Of a stretch of DNA of 64,000 nucleotides, positions 49,637-59,599 are shown piece after piece (the first letter of the stretch is position 1; every line of letters starts with the position of its first letter). A model generated the notes under the pieces. The model ran no database searches and had not been told where the DNA came from. It worked only from the letters and a program-made list of their open reading frames with translations. The stretch is from a bacterium (GTDB lineage Bacteria; UBA8248): positions 160,001 through 224,000 of the forward strand of contig CBDATS010000005.1 of NCBI GenBank assembly GCA_965200245.1. Reading direction: 5' to 3'. The translations under genes and the position numbers were made by a program.

Positions 49637-51183
49637 GTTTTCCTCCGTTTGCTGTTCCGTCTTGCTGGCACCTCGGCGCGTTCTGACCCGATCCTCGCTA
49701 GTAAGGTGGATGCGGGTTCGTCGGCCGGATACTGGGGGGCGAGTTGCCCAGCAAACGCCTTCTTCAGGATGGATTGGCGAAGGGTGACAGCACAGTCGAG
49801 GGCGGCATCAATTTCTTCGTTCAGCTTATCTGCAACCTCAAGGCGGGCGTCTAGAATCCGGACAATTTCGGCCTGTTCGGCAGGGGAGCAGATCGGAAAT
49901 GAGAGCGGTTCAACATTATTGTTGTTAATTTGAGGGACGTTGGAGCCATTGTATATGGTAGCAAGGTCCAAGCCGAGTACCCAGAACCAAGGAAAGTCCT
50001 GCAATATAGTTTCTGTGTTATTGGCGAGGCCCATCGTGTTGGTATCGAGACAAGAGGTTTGTTTCAGTCGTCGCTTCTTATTCGTCAATATTGCACCGCC
50101 TCTTCTGGGAAATACCGTGGTATTGGCCGGGAAAACCGTCAGACCATACTTCCGGACCTCATCCATCGATAAATTCAGAGATGCTTTAGCGAGAAACCTG
50201 TTGTTTCCCTCCACATTCATGTCGGAGATCTTAAAAAAAGGGACCTCAGTCCCTCTGCAAGATTCGATACCTTTGGGGGTTGATCCGCTAAAGATGTCCA
50301 TAACCGCAACAAGCTTCACATCTACCCATTCCTTTGGAAGCTCGGAATGCGAGATGACGCTGATGAGTGGCTGGGTGGTCTCTAACTTGGGTTCCTTTGG
50401 CTTTGTAGGTTTCCTGCCGTTCTCACCACCCTTCTTCCATTCGGCAAGGTCTTGCTCCCATCCCCTGAGAGCTGACTGGTATTGCTTGTCCCGTTCCTCT
50501 CGAATACGGGCAAGAAGGGTCTCGGGGCTCTCGATCTTGTCGGGGTTCTCTGCCCTCCACGCGGCAGTGAGGCGACCTTCGAAGGCGGCCTTGAGGAGTG
50601 ATTTACAATAAAGCCCAATCGCTCTTTTTGCAGCGCGAAGGCTTTCGACGCCCTTGTCGATCCCCTCGAACAGCGCCTCAATTCTCTCGACAATGCGGCG
50701 TTGCTCGTTGGCAGGGGCAATCGGAACCGGCAATGCACCGAAAGCAGCACCTGAGAGCTCTTTGAATGTTGTCCCTGTCGCACGCTCTTCAGCAATGTGC
50801 TTCGCAGCCTTGAGGTAGTAGTAGACATACTCGTTGAACAATTCCGAATGTGGAACAATGGACTTGAACCCTTGATTTGTGGCTGCCGGTTTGGAGTTGA
50901 TGACGACGTAACCAACCGGTGCGCGCGATGAAAACATGACGCTACCGGCAGGCATGACCCTTGCAGACGATTTTATGAGCCCCTTGTCTGTTAGCGTTTT
51001 TGCCCCTCGGGCGATGAATTTTGGTTTGTACCCAGCAAGGTCCGATGGTGCGAACCAGATAACATTTCCGCCCCAATATTCGGAAACCTTTGTTGAAGGG
51101 GTCCCTCCTGACACCACATCACCTAACTCCTTGATGACTGTCCATTCCCACGACGACGGGACATTCCAAAGGTGCTCCGTCAT
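49633..51183 (-). CDS. hsdS: Type I R-M specificity subunit
   Basis: Two TRDs (SGGTPS...SSRAPVG...NQGF and SGSTP...VPQIN), each followed by conserved helices EQRRIV...LLKAAFEGRL and EQAEIV...ILKKAFAGQL. Confidence 0.95.
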   Translation of the reverse strand: MTEHLWNVPSSWEWTVIKELGDVVSGGTPSTKVSEYWGGNVIWFAPSDLAGYKPKFIARGAKTLTDKGLIKSSARVMPAGSVMFSSRAPVGYVVINSKPAATNQGFKSIVPHSELFNEYVYYYLKAAKHIAEERATGTTFKELSGAAFGALPVPIAPANEQRRIVERIEALFEGIDKGVESLRAAKRAIGLYCKSLLKAAFEGRLTAAWRAENPDKIESPETLLARIREERDKQYQSALRGWEQDLAEWKKGGENGRKPTKPKEPKLETTQPLISVISHSELPKEWVDVKLVAVMDIFSGSTPKGIESCRGTEVPFFKISDMNVEGNNRFLAKASLNLSMDEVRKYGLTVFPANTTVFPRRGGAILTNKKRRLKQTSCLDTNTMGLANNTETILQDFPWFWVLGLDLATIYNGSNVPQINNNNVEPLSFPICSPAEQAEIVRILDARLEVADKLNEEIDAALDCAVTLRQSILKKAFAGQLAPQYPADEPASTLLARIGSERAEVPARRNSKRRKT

Positions 51184-53929
51184 GCTGCGAGTGCCTCATT
51201 CATCTCGGACATGATGCCATCCATCCGGGCACCGAACAGGGCATACATCCGCCCCAGACCACCGTGCACGTCAAAGGGGGTAAGTTCCAGATCGTCACGC
51301 TCAATGGAGAATGAGGTCGTGAGATGGTCCCGAATCATGCGCAACCAGACCATCTGTTCTTCGGAAAATTTCTCGCCCGCTCCAGCGTGGCGTTTCAGGA
51401 TCCAGTCCTGGAAATTTCGCCTGACTCGGTCCGAGTGGTGCGTAAGGTTCCCGTCCAGTCCGCAGACACGGCGAATGAGGGCAACGAGCGCGGTGAGTTC
51501 CACTGTCGGATTATCACCCTTGTAGTCATCGAGATGCGCGTAGGCACGCCAGACGGTCAGCGGGGCAAGGCGCGGGCGGTCTTCCTTCAACTTCGCCAAT
51601 ACGTCCTTGAGCATGGCGTAGGTCACCTCGGATCGGCGGGCGGGCTGCGTGAAGAAAATGGTCAGCGCCTCGACCTCATCAAGGTTTTCCTTGAGGTATT
51701 CCTCGAAGTCCTGAGCGATCTTCTGGGCATTCTCAGCCAGATCGCCAGCCCATCCAGCGCGCAGGAGCGTGTCGAGGTTATCATGGTCGATGGTCTGCTC
51801 GTTGTCGCGGCGGATCGTGTCCAAGAGATTGATGAGCGGCGCAGTGAACACGTTGGCGGCCCGCCTGATCCGTTCCTCGCGTGCTGCCTGCATGGTGGAG
51901 TCGTCGGGTTCGGTGTTGCCGTTAGCCTTGGCGTCGGCCTCGACCTTATCCGGGTCAATCGCGTCGAACAGTTCGCGTACGATGGCAGTAAGGGATTTGC
52001 CGGCAGTTTGTTCGATCCTGGCCTGATCCTCTGTCCTGAGCTTGTTGTCGAGGCGCGAGAGGCGCGCCGCGAAAGAACTCACTGTCTCTTCGGATCGGTC
52101 GCCCATCATGAGACCCATGGCGAGGTCCCTGAACGGGAGCGAAGGCTTCGTGTCGAGCGGCTGGCTTGCGGTCTTGAGCGACCTAGTGACGCCCGCCGCA
52201 TCGACAATGACGTAATGGGTCTTGGCGGGCGCGGATGGCGTGACCTTCCGAAGGTCGTCCGGCGCAAGGACACGGGTGCCGCGACCCTTCATCTGCTCGA
52301 AGTAGTTGCGCGACTTCACGTCGCGCATGAACAGCAGACATTCGAGCGGCTTCACGTCGGTGCCAGTGGCGATCATGTCCACAGTGACGGCGATGCGCGG
52401 GTTGTAGTCGTTACGAAAGGCCGAGAGAGAGGATTTCGGTTTCTTCGCACCGTTGGTAATCTTGCGGCAGAAGTCGTTGCCTTCGCCGAATTCCTGCCGG
52501 ACGGTCTGGATGATGTCGTCGGCATGGCTGTCTGTCTTGGCGAAGATCAGGGTCTTGGGCAGTTCCTCGCGGCCGGGAAACATCTCCACCCACTTTTCAC
52601 GGAAGGTGCGGATGACGGTGCGGATCTGGTCGGGATTCACCACCGAGCGGTCGAGTTGGGAAGCCGTGTACTCCTCCCGCTCGTCCTGTACTTCCCATCG
52701 ACGGGCGCGGGTCTCGCGCTCGCGCTTCTCGACAACCTGCTCGGCCTTCAGCGTTCCGCCGCTTCCGGTAATCCGGGTGTCGATGCGGTAGATATCGTTG
52801 CCGACATTGACCTTGTCAGCCACCGCCTGCTCGTGGCTGTATTCGCTGACCACATTCTTCTGGAAGAAGCCGTAGGTGCGGTTGTCGGGCGTCGCGGTGA
52901 GGCCAATCAGGAAGGCGTCGAAATACTCTATCACCTGCGCCAGAGATTGTTGATGGACCGGTGGCACTCGTCGATGACGACCACGTCGAAGGTCTCCGGC
53001 GGGAGCCCGGGGTTGTAGACGACCGGAAGCGGTTCCTTGCGGTGCCATGCCTGCCCCTCGGGATGCTCTTCTTCCGCGCCATCGGCCAGTTCTTCGCCCT
53101 TCAGGGTCGCGTACATGCGCTGGATCGTTGAGATGACGATCTGGCTGTCGCCGGCAATGTGAGGCGAGGTGAGCCGCTGGACGCTGTAGAGTTCGGTGAA
53201 CATGCGGTTATCGTCCTGGGGGACAAAGGCCATGAACTCCTGTTCGGCCTGCTCGCCCAGATTGCGGGTGTCGACAAGAAAGAGAATGCGGCGAGCGTCC
53301 GCATGTTTCATCAGACGGTATATCTGGGTGATCGCGGTGAAGGTCTTGCCAGCACCGGTCGCCATCTGGACGAGCGCGCGTGGCCTGTCGGCCTTCAGGG
53401 AAGCTTCAAGATTGTTGATTGCATTACTCTGGCAATCACGCAGACCGGCGTGGTCAAGCGGCGGAAGCGTGGCGATGCCGGTTCGAAATGAGCGCGGGGC
53501 GCAAACTCTGGCCTTGAGGGTTTCCGGACGGTGGAAAGTGAAAATCTCCCGAGAGCGTGGCCTGGGATCACGCCCATCCGTGAACCGCGTGACTTGTCCC
53601 GTGCTTTGGTAGAGAAAGGGCAGAGGCTCGGTGTTCTGAATCCAATTCAAGCTGGCTCTGGCATAGCCTTCCGTCTGCCCTTCAACCGTGGTGAGCCTTA
53701 CGCCCCAACTGTCCGACTTGGCCTCCACGACACCGACCGCCTGTCTGTCAACGAAGAGAACGTAGTCGGCGGGCCCGATATCGGTCTGGTACTCACGCAC
53801 CGCGACCCCCGTGCCCGCATCGAAATTGATCGATTCCTTGTCCTGAACGTGCCAGCCCGCCGCTTGTAGTCGGTAGTCGATCCTGTCGCGGGCAACTTGT
53901 TCCGGTGTCTGGTTGAGCTTATGGGCCAT
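51180..53929 (-). CDS. hsdR: Type I restriction endonuclease subunit, split by a 1-nt frameshift near 52935-52940
   Basis: ADYVL...VEAK nuclease, MATGAGKT, DECH in ORF 52931-53962, then GLTATP, VDMIATGTD, QMKGRGTR and an EcoEI_R_C-like end in ORF 51180-53048. One added base restores NLWRQVIEYFDA. AGGAG RBS before ATG 53929. Confidence 0.92.
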
Positions 53930-54135
53930 GCGCTCACTCCTGAGTACAAACGTTATTGGCAAACATCATGAAACTGTCGACAAAAGTTTCGGGGATACGG
54001 AAAATATGCATCATGTACCTGCCGAAACTGTGGCAACGATCTTTTTTCTGGCACTGCGGCATACAGATTCAATGTCGGGTTTTCGGCGTCTCGATCCCGA
54101 CAACCAAAGCAAAACCGGGGCATGTTGGAATTGCA

Positions 54136-54627
54136 TCAATCCATGAAAAGACGACCATCATCGTGACCCAGAAACGACTTCAAAAACGTCTTGATCTGCT
54201 CGGGACCAGCCATGGAGAGCAACTGGATTCCCAGAAGAAGTAATTTTCTAAAAACAGATGCTTCACCTCTCCGTTTGCACAAGTAGGCAATATCATTTCC
54301 ATTCGCCCATACACCCCACACGGCAGAAGTTTCGGTCATATATGATTTTACTTGTCCCAGTCCGTCCTTTCGCTGATTCCGCATTGTTTCGACTATCCCG
54401 AAAATATCTTTCGTAGGTTCGCGGCCAGAGTTTGGGCGGCAAACGACAATATCGGCCTTGTCGGAAAAAAATCCCGAACCCTTGGGAATTTTTACTTCAA
54501 TATCCAATTCTTCTTTCAGGTAGGCATAATCTTCCACTAAAATCTGTTCGTATTCCTGCCTCAACTTTTCTTCCGGTTTGGAAATGTCTACAGGTTTGCC
54601 CGATGCGTAATCCGGTATCTTCATCAC
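54136..54627 (-). pseudogene. Truncated HSDR_N-like nuclease domain (N-terminus of a type IIG / type I-like R-M enzyme)
   Basis: KPEEKLRQ...DIEVKI...KADIVV...IVETMR...QVKSYM...GVWANG. Similarity ends abruptly, and the ExK Lys appears replaced by Met. AT-rich. Confidence 0.72.
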
Positions 54628-55031
54628 GCCACGAGCCTCTTGCCGTGCATTCCCGAGACAATGGACTCCTGACGGCTATTGTGGTGACCCGAAATAAGAG
54701 TTTCAGACGTTTTTGGTGTTTTCGGAGAGGTGCTACAGGAAGTTAGTTTACTAGCTGTGCCGCCGGACTCATTATACCAAGATTCCCCTTTATCGCGCGA
54801 TACTTTCTGCACATGAGATTTATTCACTTGCTATAACAGAAAATTACTTGCGATCCATCCCCCGACAACATCGATCAATTCATTCATGGCCGCATTCTTC
54901 AATTCAGCCCCATACACCAGATCCGACAGCAACTCCTCGATCATCCAGATATGACTCTTGATAAGGTATGTTGAATTTGCATTTCTTTGATTTGGGAATA
55001 CACTTCTCGGAGCGTACAGGAGGACGAAACC

Positions 55032-56066
55032 ATGAAATTCGCCTTGCACTACAGCTATCAGTCCCGCACTGGAAACTGGGTGGACGCCTACCACAATTCC
55101 CTGGAACAGATCGCCCTGGCAGAGAAGTACGGCTTCGACATGGTGACGACGAGCGAACACCACATGGTGGAGGATAATGGCTATTTCCCCTCCAACATGG
55201 TGACTGCCGCCGGCATCGCCACCCGAACGGAGAGGATGCGAGTCGGCACCTGCGTCCTTCTCCTCCCCTTCTATCACCCCTTGGCGGTGGCAGAGGACGC
55301 CGCGGTGCTGGACATCATGTCCCGGGGCCGCTTCGTGTTGGGGGTGGGACTCGGCTACAGGCGGGAGGAATTCGCGGCCTTCAACGTTCCCTTCGAGGAT
55401 CGCGCTGCGCGTTTCGAGGAGGCGCTCAAGCTGGTTCGTCGGTTGATGACCGAGCAAGGCGTGACGCACCCGGGCCCTTGCTTTCCCATGCAGGACGTCA
55501 CCCTCATGCCTCGCCCCAAGCAGAAACCGTGCCCTCGCATCTGGGTGGGGGCCAAGCTGCCCGCGGCCATCCGCCGTGCCGCGCGCATGGGAGACGCGTG
55601 GCTCGCCGATCCAGTCACTCCGCTCAAGGTGCTCAAGGAGCGAAAGAAAATCTATCTCGACGCCTTGGCCGAGGCGGGGAAGGACACATCAGGTGTGGAG
55701 TTTCCCCTAAGGCGAGAAGCCTATGTGGCCGAAGAGAGTGAGCAAGCCTGGGAAGAGGCGCGCGAACCCATGCTCTACAATTACCAGGAATATCTCGATT
55801 GGGGCCATCTGGTGGATGATGAGGGTAGGCCCGTGAGGCGGGGCACAGAAGCCACGGAAAATCTCAGGCAGCGATTCATCCTGGGCTCACCGGATGATTG
55901 TGTTCGCCAAATCCGACAATATCAGGAGGAACTCGGAACGACCTCGATGCACTTCCGCATGCAGTTTCCAGGTCTTGCTCACACGAAGATAATGAATGCG
56001 ATTCGACTGCTCGGTGAAGAAGTCCTTCCCCATTTCCAGAGCACCCCGAACGAGCAGTGTATCTGA
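55032..56066 (+). CDS. LLM class (luciferase-like) flavin-dependent oxidoreductase
   Basis: AEKYGFD...SEHH, HPLAVAEDAAVLD, GRFVLGVGLGYR, PRPKQKP, AIRRAARMG. Confidence 0.93.
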   Translation: MKFALHYSYQSRTGNWVDAYHNSLEQIALAEKYGFDMVTTSEHHMVEDNGYFPSNMVTAAGIATRTERMRVGTCVLLLPFYHPLAVAEDAAVLDIMSRGRFVLGVGLGYRREEFAAFNVPFEDRAARFEEALKLVRRLMTEQGVTHPGPCFPMQDVTLMPRPKQKPCPRIWVGAKLPAAIRRAARMGDAWLADPVTPLKVLKERKKIYLDALAEAGKDTSGVEFPLRREAYVAEESEQAWEEAREPMLYNYQEYLDWGHLVDDEGRPVRRGTEATENLRQRFILGSPDDCVRQIRQYQEELGTTSMHFRMQFPGLAHTKIMNAIRLLGEEVLPHFQSTPNEQCI

Positions 56067-56622
56067 GCGGGAGGTGAAATTGTTTCCGCAGGGCTTCCGA
56101 CTCGGATGACCAACCACGAAAAGCGAATCGGGGTCATTGCCAGCGGAAACAGCGGCCTGGATCGAGCGCATCTAACGAGGTATATATCTTCTCGCGACCC
56201 TCGCTCAGGACGAAATGTTCCACGAAGGATGGCGGGAAGTACTCGACCGGATCGTGCAAGCCGCTTGCAAGTCCCGGGATTCCATCATGGAAAATTCTTC
56301 AGAGTGAGGCTTTACGGATTTTTTTTCGCCATCGCCAAGCGAAACATGCCAAGATGCAGGATAGAAGCATGGTTTGGTTCAGAATAGTTTCGCAGAAAGA
56401 TCCTGAGAACGGTGGCGATGATCGATGCCTGATTCTACACGCTCGGGACAACATCCAGAACTATGTACGACCCCTCTCCTTCGCGGAACTGGACTGGCTT
56501 TGGGCTCAATAGCCGCGAGGGGGTGAGACTTTGATGCGGTGCGACATCGAACGCCGGGCCAGATTTCGGTTGACCACGGGCCAATCGAGCGATCCGGTGG
56601 CGACACCAGGGGAGACTGTTTC

Positions 56623-56823
56623 GTGAGCAATCAGATCGACTGGATGGTGAACCATGCCAGAAGGGGCCGGATCGATCGCCGCAAATTCATGGACCGGGTC
56701 ACGGCGCTTGGGGGCACGGCCACGTCGGCAAGCGCTCTTCTGACCAAGGCAGGTGTCGCCGAAACACCGCCTTGGGGTAGCAGTTATGCCCACGGCCCGA
56801 AATGGTGGAGAATGGCACCATGA
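56623..56823 (+). pseudogene. Tat-leader N-terminal remnant of an ABC substrate-binding protein
   Basis: GGGGAG RBS, GTG start, SNQIDWMVNHARRGRIDRRKFMDRVTALGGTATSASALLTKAGVAETP. The stop overlaps the P450 ATG (ATGA). Confidence 0.55.
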
Positions 56824-58244
56824 CGCAGGGCGCGCGCACGTTTAAGGCCTTCGACGATCTCCCCGGTCCCCGGGGACTACCGGTGCTGGGTAACCTCCAT
56901 CGGATCCGTTTCGACCGGCTCCATCTGATTTTGGAAGACTGGGCGGAGCAGTACGGTGAGATATTCCGGATTCGCATCGGGCCAAAACGGATCGCGGTGA
57001 TCTCGGATTGCTCGGCCATGCAGCACATCCTGGCGCAGCGTCCTGAGGAGTTCCGGCGCACTACAATGCTGGAGGCGGTGGCCACCGAAATGCGTCTCAA
57101 GGGCGTCTTCGCGGCCGAGGGCGAGGACTGGCGCCGGCAACGGCGGATCGTCATTGCCGCCCTGAACCGCGCGCGGCTCAAGGACTTTTTCCCCACACTG
57201 GCGATGACGGTCGAGCGTCTGAAGCGACGCTGGGAACGGGCGGCAGACACTTCGGAACCCGTGGACCTTTGCCGCGATCTGATGCGCTTCACCGTCGATG
57301 TCACCATGCAACTCGCGTTCGGTGTCGATGCCAACACGCTGGAAACACCGGGTCCGGTCATACAGCACCATCTCGACAAAATCTTCCCCGTGTTGCACCG
57401 GCGCGTGAATGCCGCCTTTCCGTGGTGGCGCTATTTCCGTCTGCCCTCGGACCGTGCGCTCGAGCGTGCGATCAAGGCCCTAGAGCGGGAGGTGGGCGAC
57501 ATGGTCCGCGCCACGCGGGAGCGTATGGCGGCTATGCCCGAACGACGCGACACTCCGACGAACTTCCTGGAAGCCATCCTGGCGGCGGTTGAGACTGAGG
57601 AGTCCGGGTTCACCGACGCCGAGATATTCGCCAACGCCGGTACGCTGCTGCTGGCGGGCGAGGACACAACGGCAAACAGCATGGCCTGGATTATGCACTA
57701 TTTCACGAAGTATCCAGAGCATTTCGAACGGGTCCGGCGCGAGGTCGACGCGGTGGTCGCGCCCGAGACGGCCATCGTTAGCCTAGAACAGGCGACCAAA
57801 TTCCCGTTCCTCGATGCCTTCTGTAACGAGGTGATGCGCCTGAAACCCATCGCGCCGGTCCATGTGGTCGAGTCGGTAACCGACACCACGATCCTGGGTT
57901 ATGCGATCCCCAAGGGGACGCAGATCATGATGTTGGCCCGTCGCATGGCGACCCGGGACGAGAACTTCGGTGAAGGGAAACGTTTCGTTCCCGATCGCTG
58001 GCTCGTTCCCGCCGGGTCAAGAACATGTCCGCACGATCGCCGCGCCTTCATTCCATTCGGAAGCGGGCCGCGCCTGTGCCCAGGGCGCAGCCTCGCCCTG
58101 CTTGAGATCCGGACGGTCCTTGCGATGCTGTGCCGGAACTTCCAGTTGAAGCCTGTGCACGGCGGCACCGAAGTAGGCGAGCATCTGGTGTTCACGATGA
58201 TGCCGTCCAACCTGTCCGTACGCCTGAGCCGATTGCACGGGTGA
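56820..58244 (+). CDS. Cytochrome P450
   Basis: LPGPRGLPVLGN, I-helix AGEDTT, K-helix EVMR, PDRW, heme ligand motif FGSGPRLCPG. Confidence 0.96.
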   Translation: MTQGARTFKAFDDLPGPRGLPVLGNLHRIRFDRLHLILEDWAEQYGEIFRIRIGPKRIAVISDCSAMQHILAQRPEEFRRTTMLEAVATEMRLKGVFAAEGEDWRRQRRIVIAALNRARLKDFFPTLAMTVERLKRRWERAADTSEPVDLCRDLMRFTVDVTMQLAFGVDANTLETPGPVIQHHLDKIFPVLHRRVNAAFPWWRYFRLPSDRALERAIKALEREVGDMVRATRERMAAMPERRDTPTNFLEAILAAVETEESGFTDAEIFANAGTLLLAGEDTTANSMAWIMHYFTKYPEHFERVRREVDAVVAPETAIVSLEQATKFPFLDAFCNEVMRLKPIAPVHVVESVTDTTILGYAIPKGTQIMMLARRMATRDENFGEGKRFVPDRWLVPAGSRTCPHDRRAFIPFGSGPRLCPGRSLALLEIRTVLAMLCRNFQLKPVHGGTEVGEHLVFTMMPSNLSVRLSRLHG

Positions 58245-58647
58245 GCGGCAACGACTTGCTGTCGTCCGCCGTCGAAGCGCGAATGTGGCAAATGATTGGG
58301 CTGAGGTGCAGTTCCTCGCATTCAGATGTTCTCCGGGATTTTGGCAGGCTGCAGAAAGCAGGGGGTTGCTCTTGAACGACCTCTTTCTGAAACCAACTCG
58401 ACCAGAGGAAGAGTCTGCCTCCAGGCGAAGAGATTTTGGCCTCTTTCCAGGTTCCTTTTCCAAACCCCTGGTCAACGCCTTGAGTATCAGAACTGCTTCA
58501 CGAAGCGAATTCGGTGGAATGCGCTTTAATCGTAGGGTTGCGCGTTTGACTCGCGCTCCTCGGCCACCACTTGGCAACCGCTTCGGAGCAAGCGGCAGGT
58601 TTTGGTTATCAACGACCAGAATTGGATTGGTGTCGAATGAAATGATT

Positions 58648-59523
58648 TTATTTCGACTCGGAATGCACGAAATAGATGCCCGTTGATATGAGAATCGCTC
58701 CCCCGAGCATGAGTGTCGTCAGTGGCTCACCGAGCAGCAAGGCACCCATCAACACCCCGAAAACGGGCGTCAAGAACATGAAAACGCCCACGCGGCTCGC
58801 TGGGTAGTCCGTCAGCAGCCAAAGCCAGGGGATCATGGCCAGCCCCGTGCCGATCAGGCCGCTATAGCCCACGCCGGTGAGCACGTTGGTGTCCGTGAGG
58901 TCTGGCCAGGACTCACCGAGAATCGAGGCCATGAGGAAAAACGGCAACACAGCCAGAATCTGCGTCCAGGCGGTGATACGGAAGGCGTCGAAACCTCTCA
59001 GCCTCATTTTCAGTAAAACCGATTGTACAGCCCATACCACGGCCGCCAGGACGACGACGATGTCTCCGTACAATGTAGAACCGCCAGCCGAGGAGAGCTT
59101 GTCGCCAAAAAGGAACACCATGCCAAGGCTCGCGGCGATGAAACCCAGAATTGCGCGAACGCCGACACGCTCATTGGGGAGAATCCACGCTGCCAGCGCC
59201 GTGAGTATCAGTGGCTGGGCATAGAGGAACAGGGAAGCGCGACCGGCGGTGGTGTGGTCCACGCCATGATAATAGGTGATGAACATGAGGTTGTGCAGGC
59301 AGGCGTTGAGCCAGAAGTCCCGGTTTTCCCCCGAAAAACCCGGGCGTGGCGGCAGGACGGGCATATTTCGCATGAACATGATCAGAAAAACGCTCGCTGA
59401 GGAGATGATACCCCTCAACCACAGAAACGTGAAAGGCTCTACGCCGCGCAGGCCTATTTTTGCCGCCGGAAAACTCAGGCCCCAGAGAAAAGTAACTGTG
59501 AAAATCAAAACGAAAAAACGCAA
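58648..59523 (-). CDS. EamA/DMT family transporter
   Basis: LWGLSFPAAK, LYAQP, NER, FLTPVFG, LGEP. About 10 TM helices. Start uncertain. Confidence 0.9.
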   Translation of the reverse strand: MRFFVLIFTVTFLWGLSFPAAKIGLRGVEPFTFLWLRGIISSASVFLIMFMRNMPVLPPRPGFSGENRDFWLNACLHNLMFITYYHGVDHTTAGRASLFLYAQPLILTALAAWILPNERVGVRAILGFIAASLGMVFLFGDKLSSAGGSTLYGDIVVVLAAVVWAVQSVLLKMRLRGFDAFRITAWTQILAVLPFFLMASILGESWPDLTDTNVLTGVGYSGLIGTGLAMIPWLWLLTDYPASRVGVFMFLTPVFGVLMGALLLGEPLTTLMLGGAILISTGIYFVHSESK

Positions 59524-59599
59524 TTTCTGCCCATCCTTTCAGCAAATCCGCTCTTGATCGGGTATTACCGGGCGGGTGCAATCTGAGGTAAGCGCATAT

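Noticed and set aside
47940-53018. Long plus-strand ORFs (445 aa and 564 aa) opposite hsdM/hsdR, and similar ones at 6613-7869, 14937-16022 and 41456-42469
   Set aside because: These are antisense shadows of GC-rich genes with no motifs. The opposite strand carries clear family signatures.
58017-58686. ORFs of 186 aa (-) and 133 aa (+) between the P450 and EamA genes
   Set aside because: They overlap real genes and have no RBS or recognisable domain.
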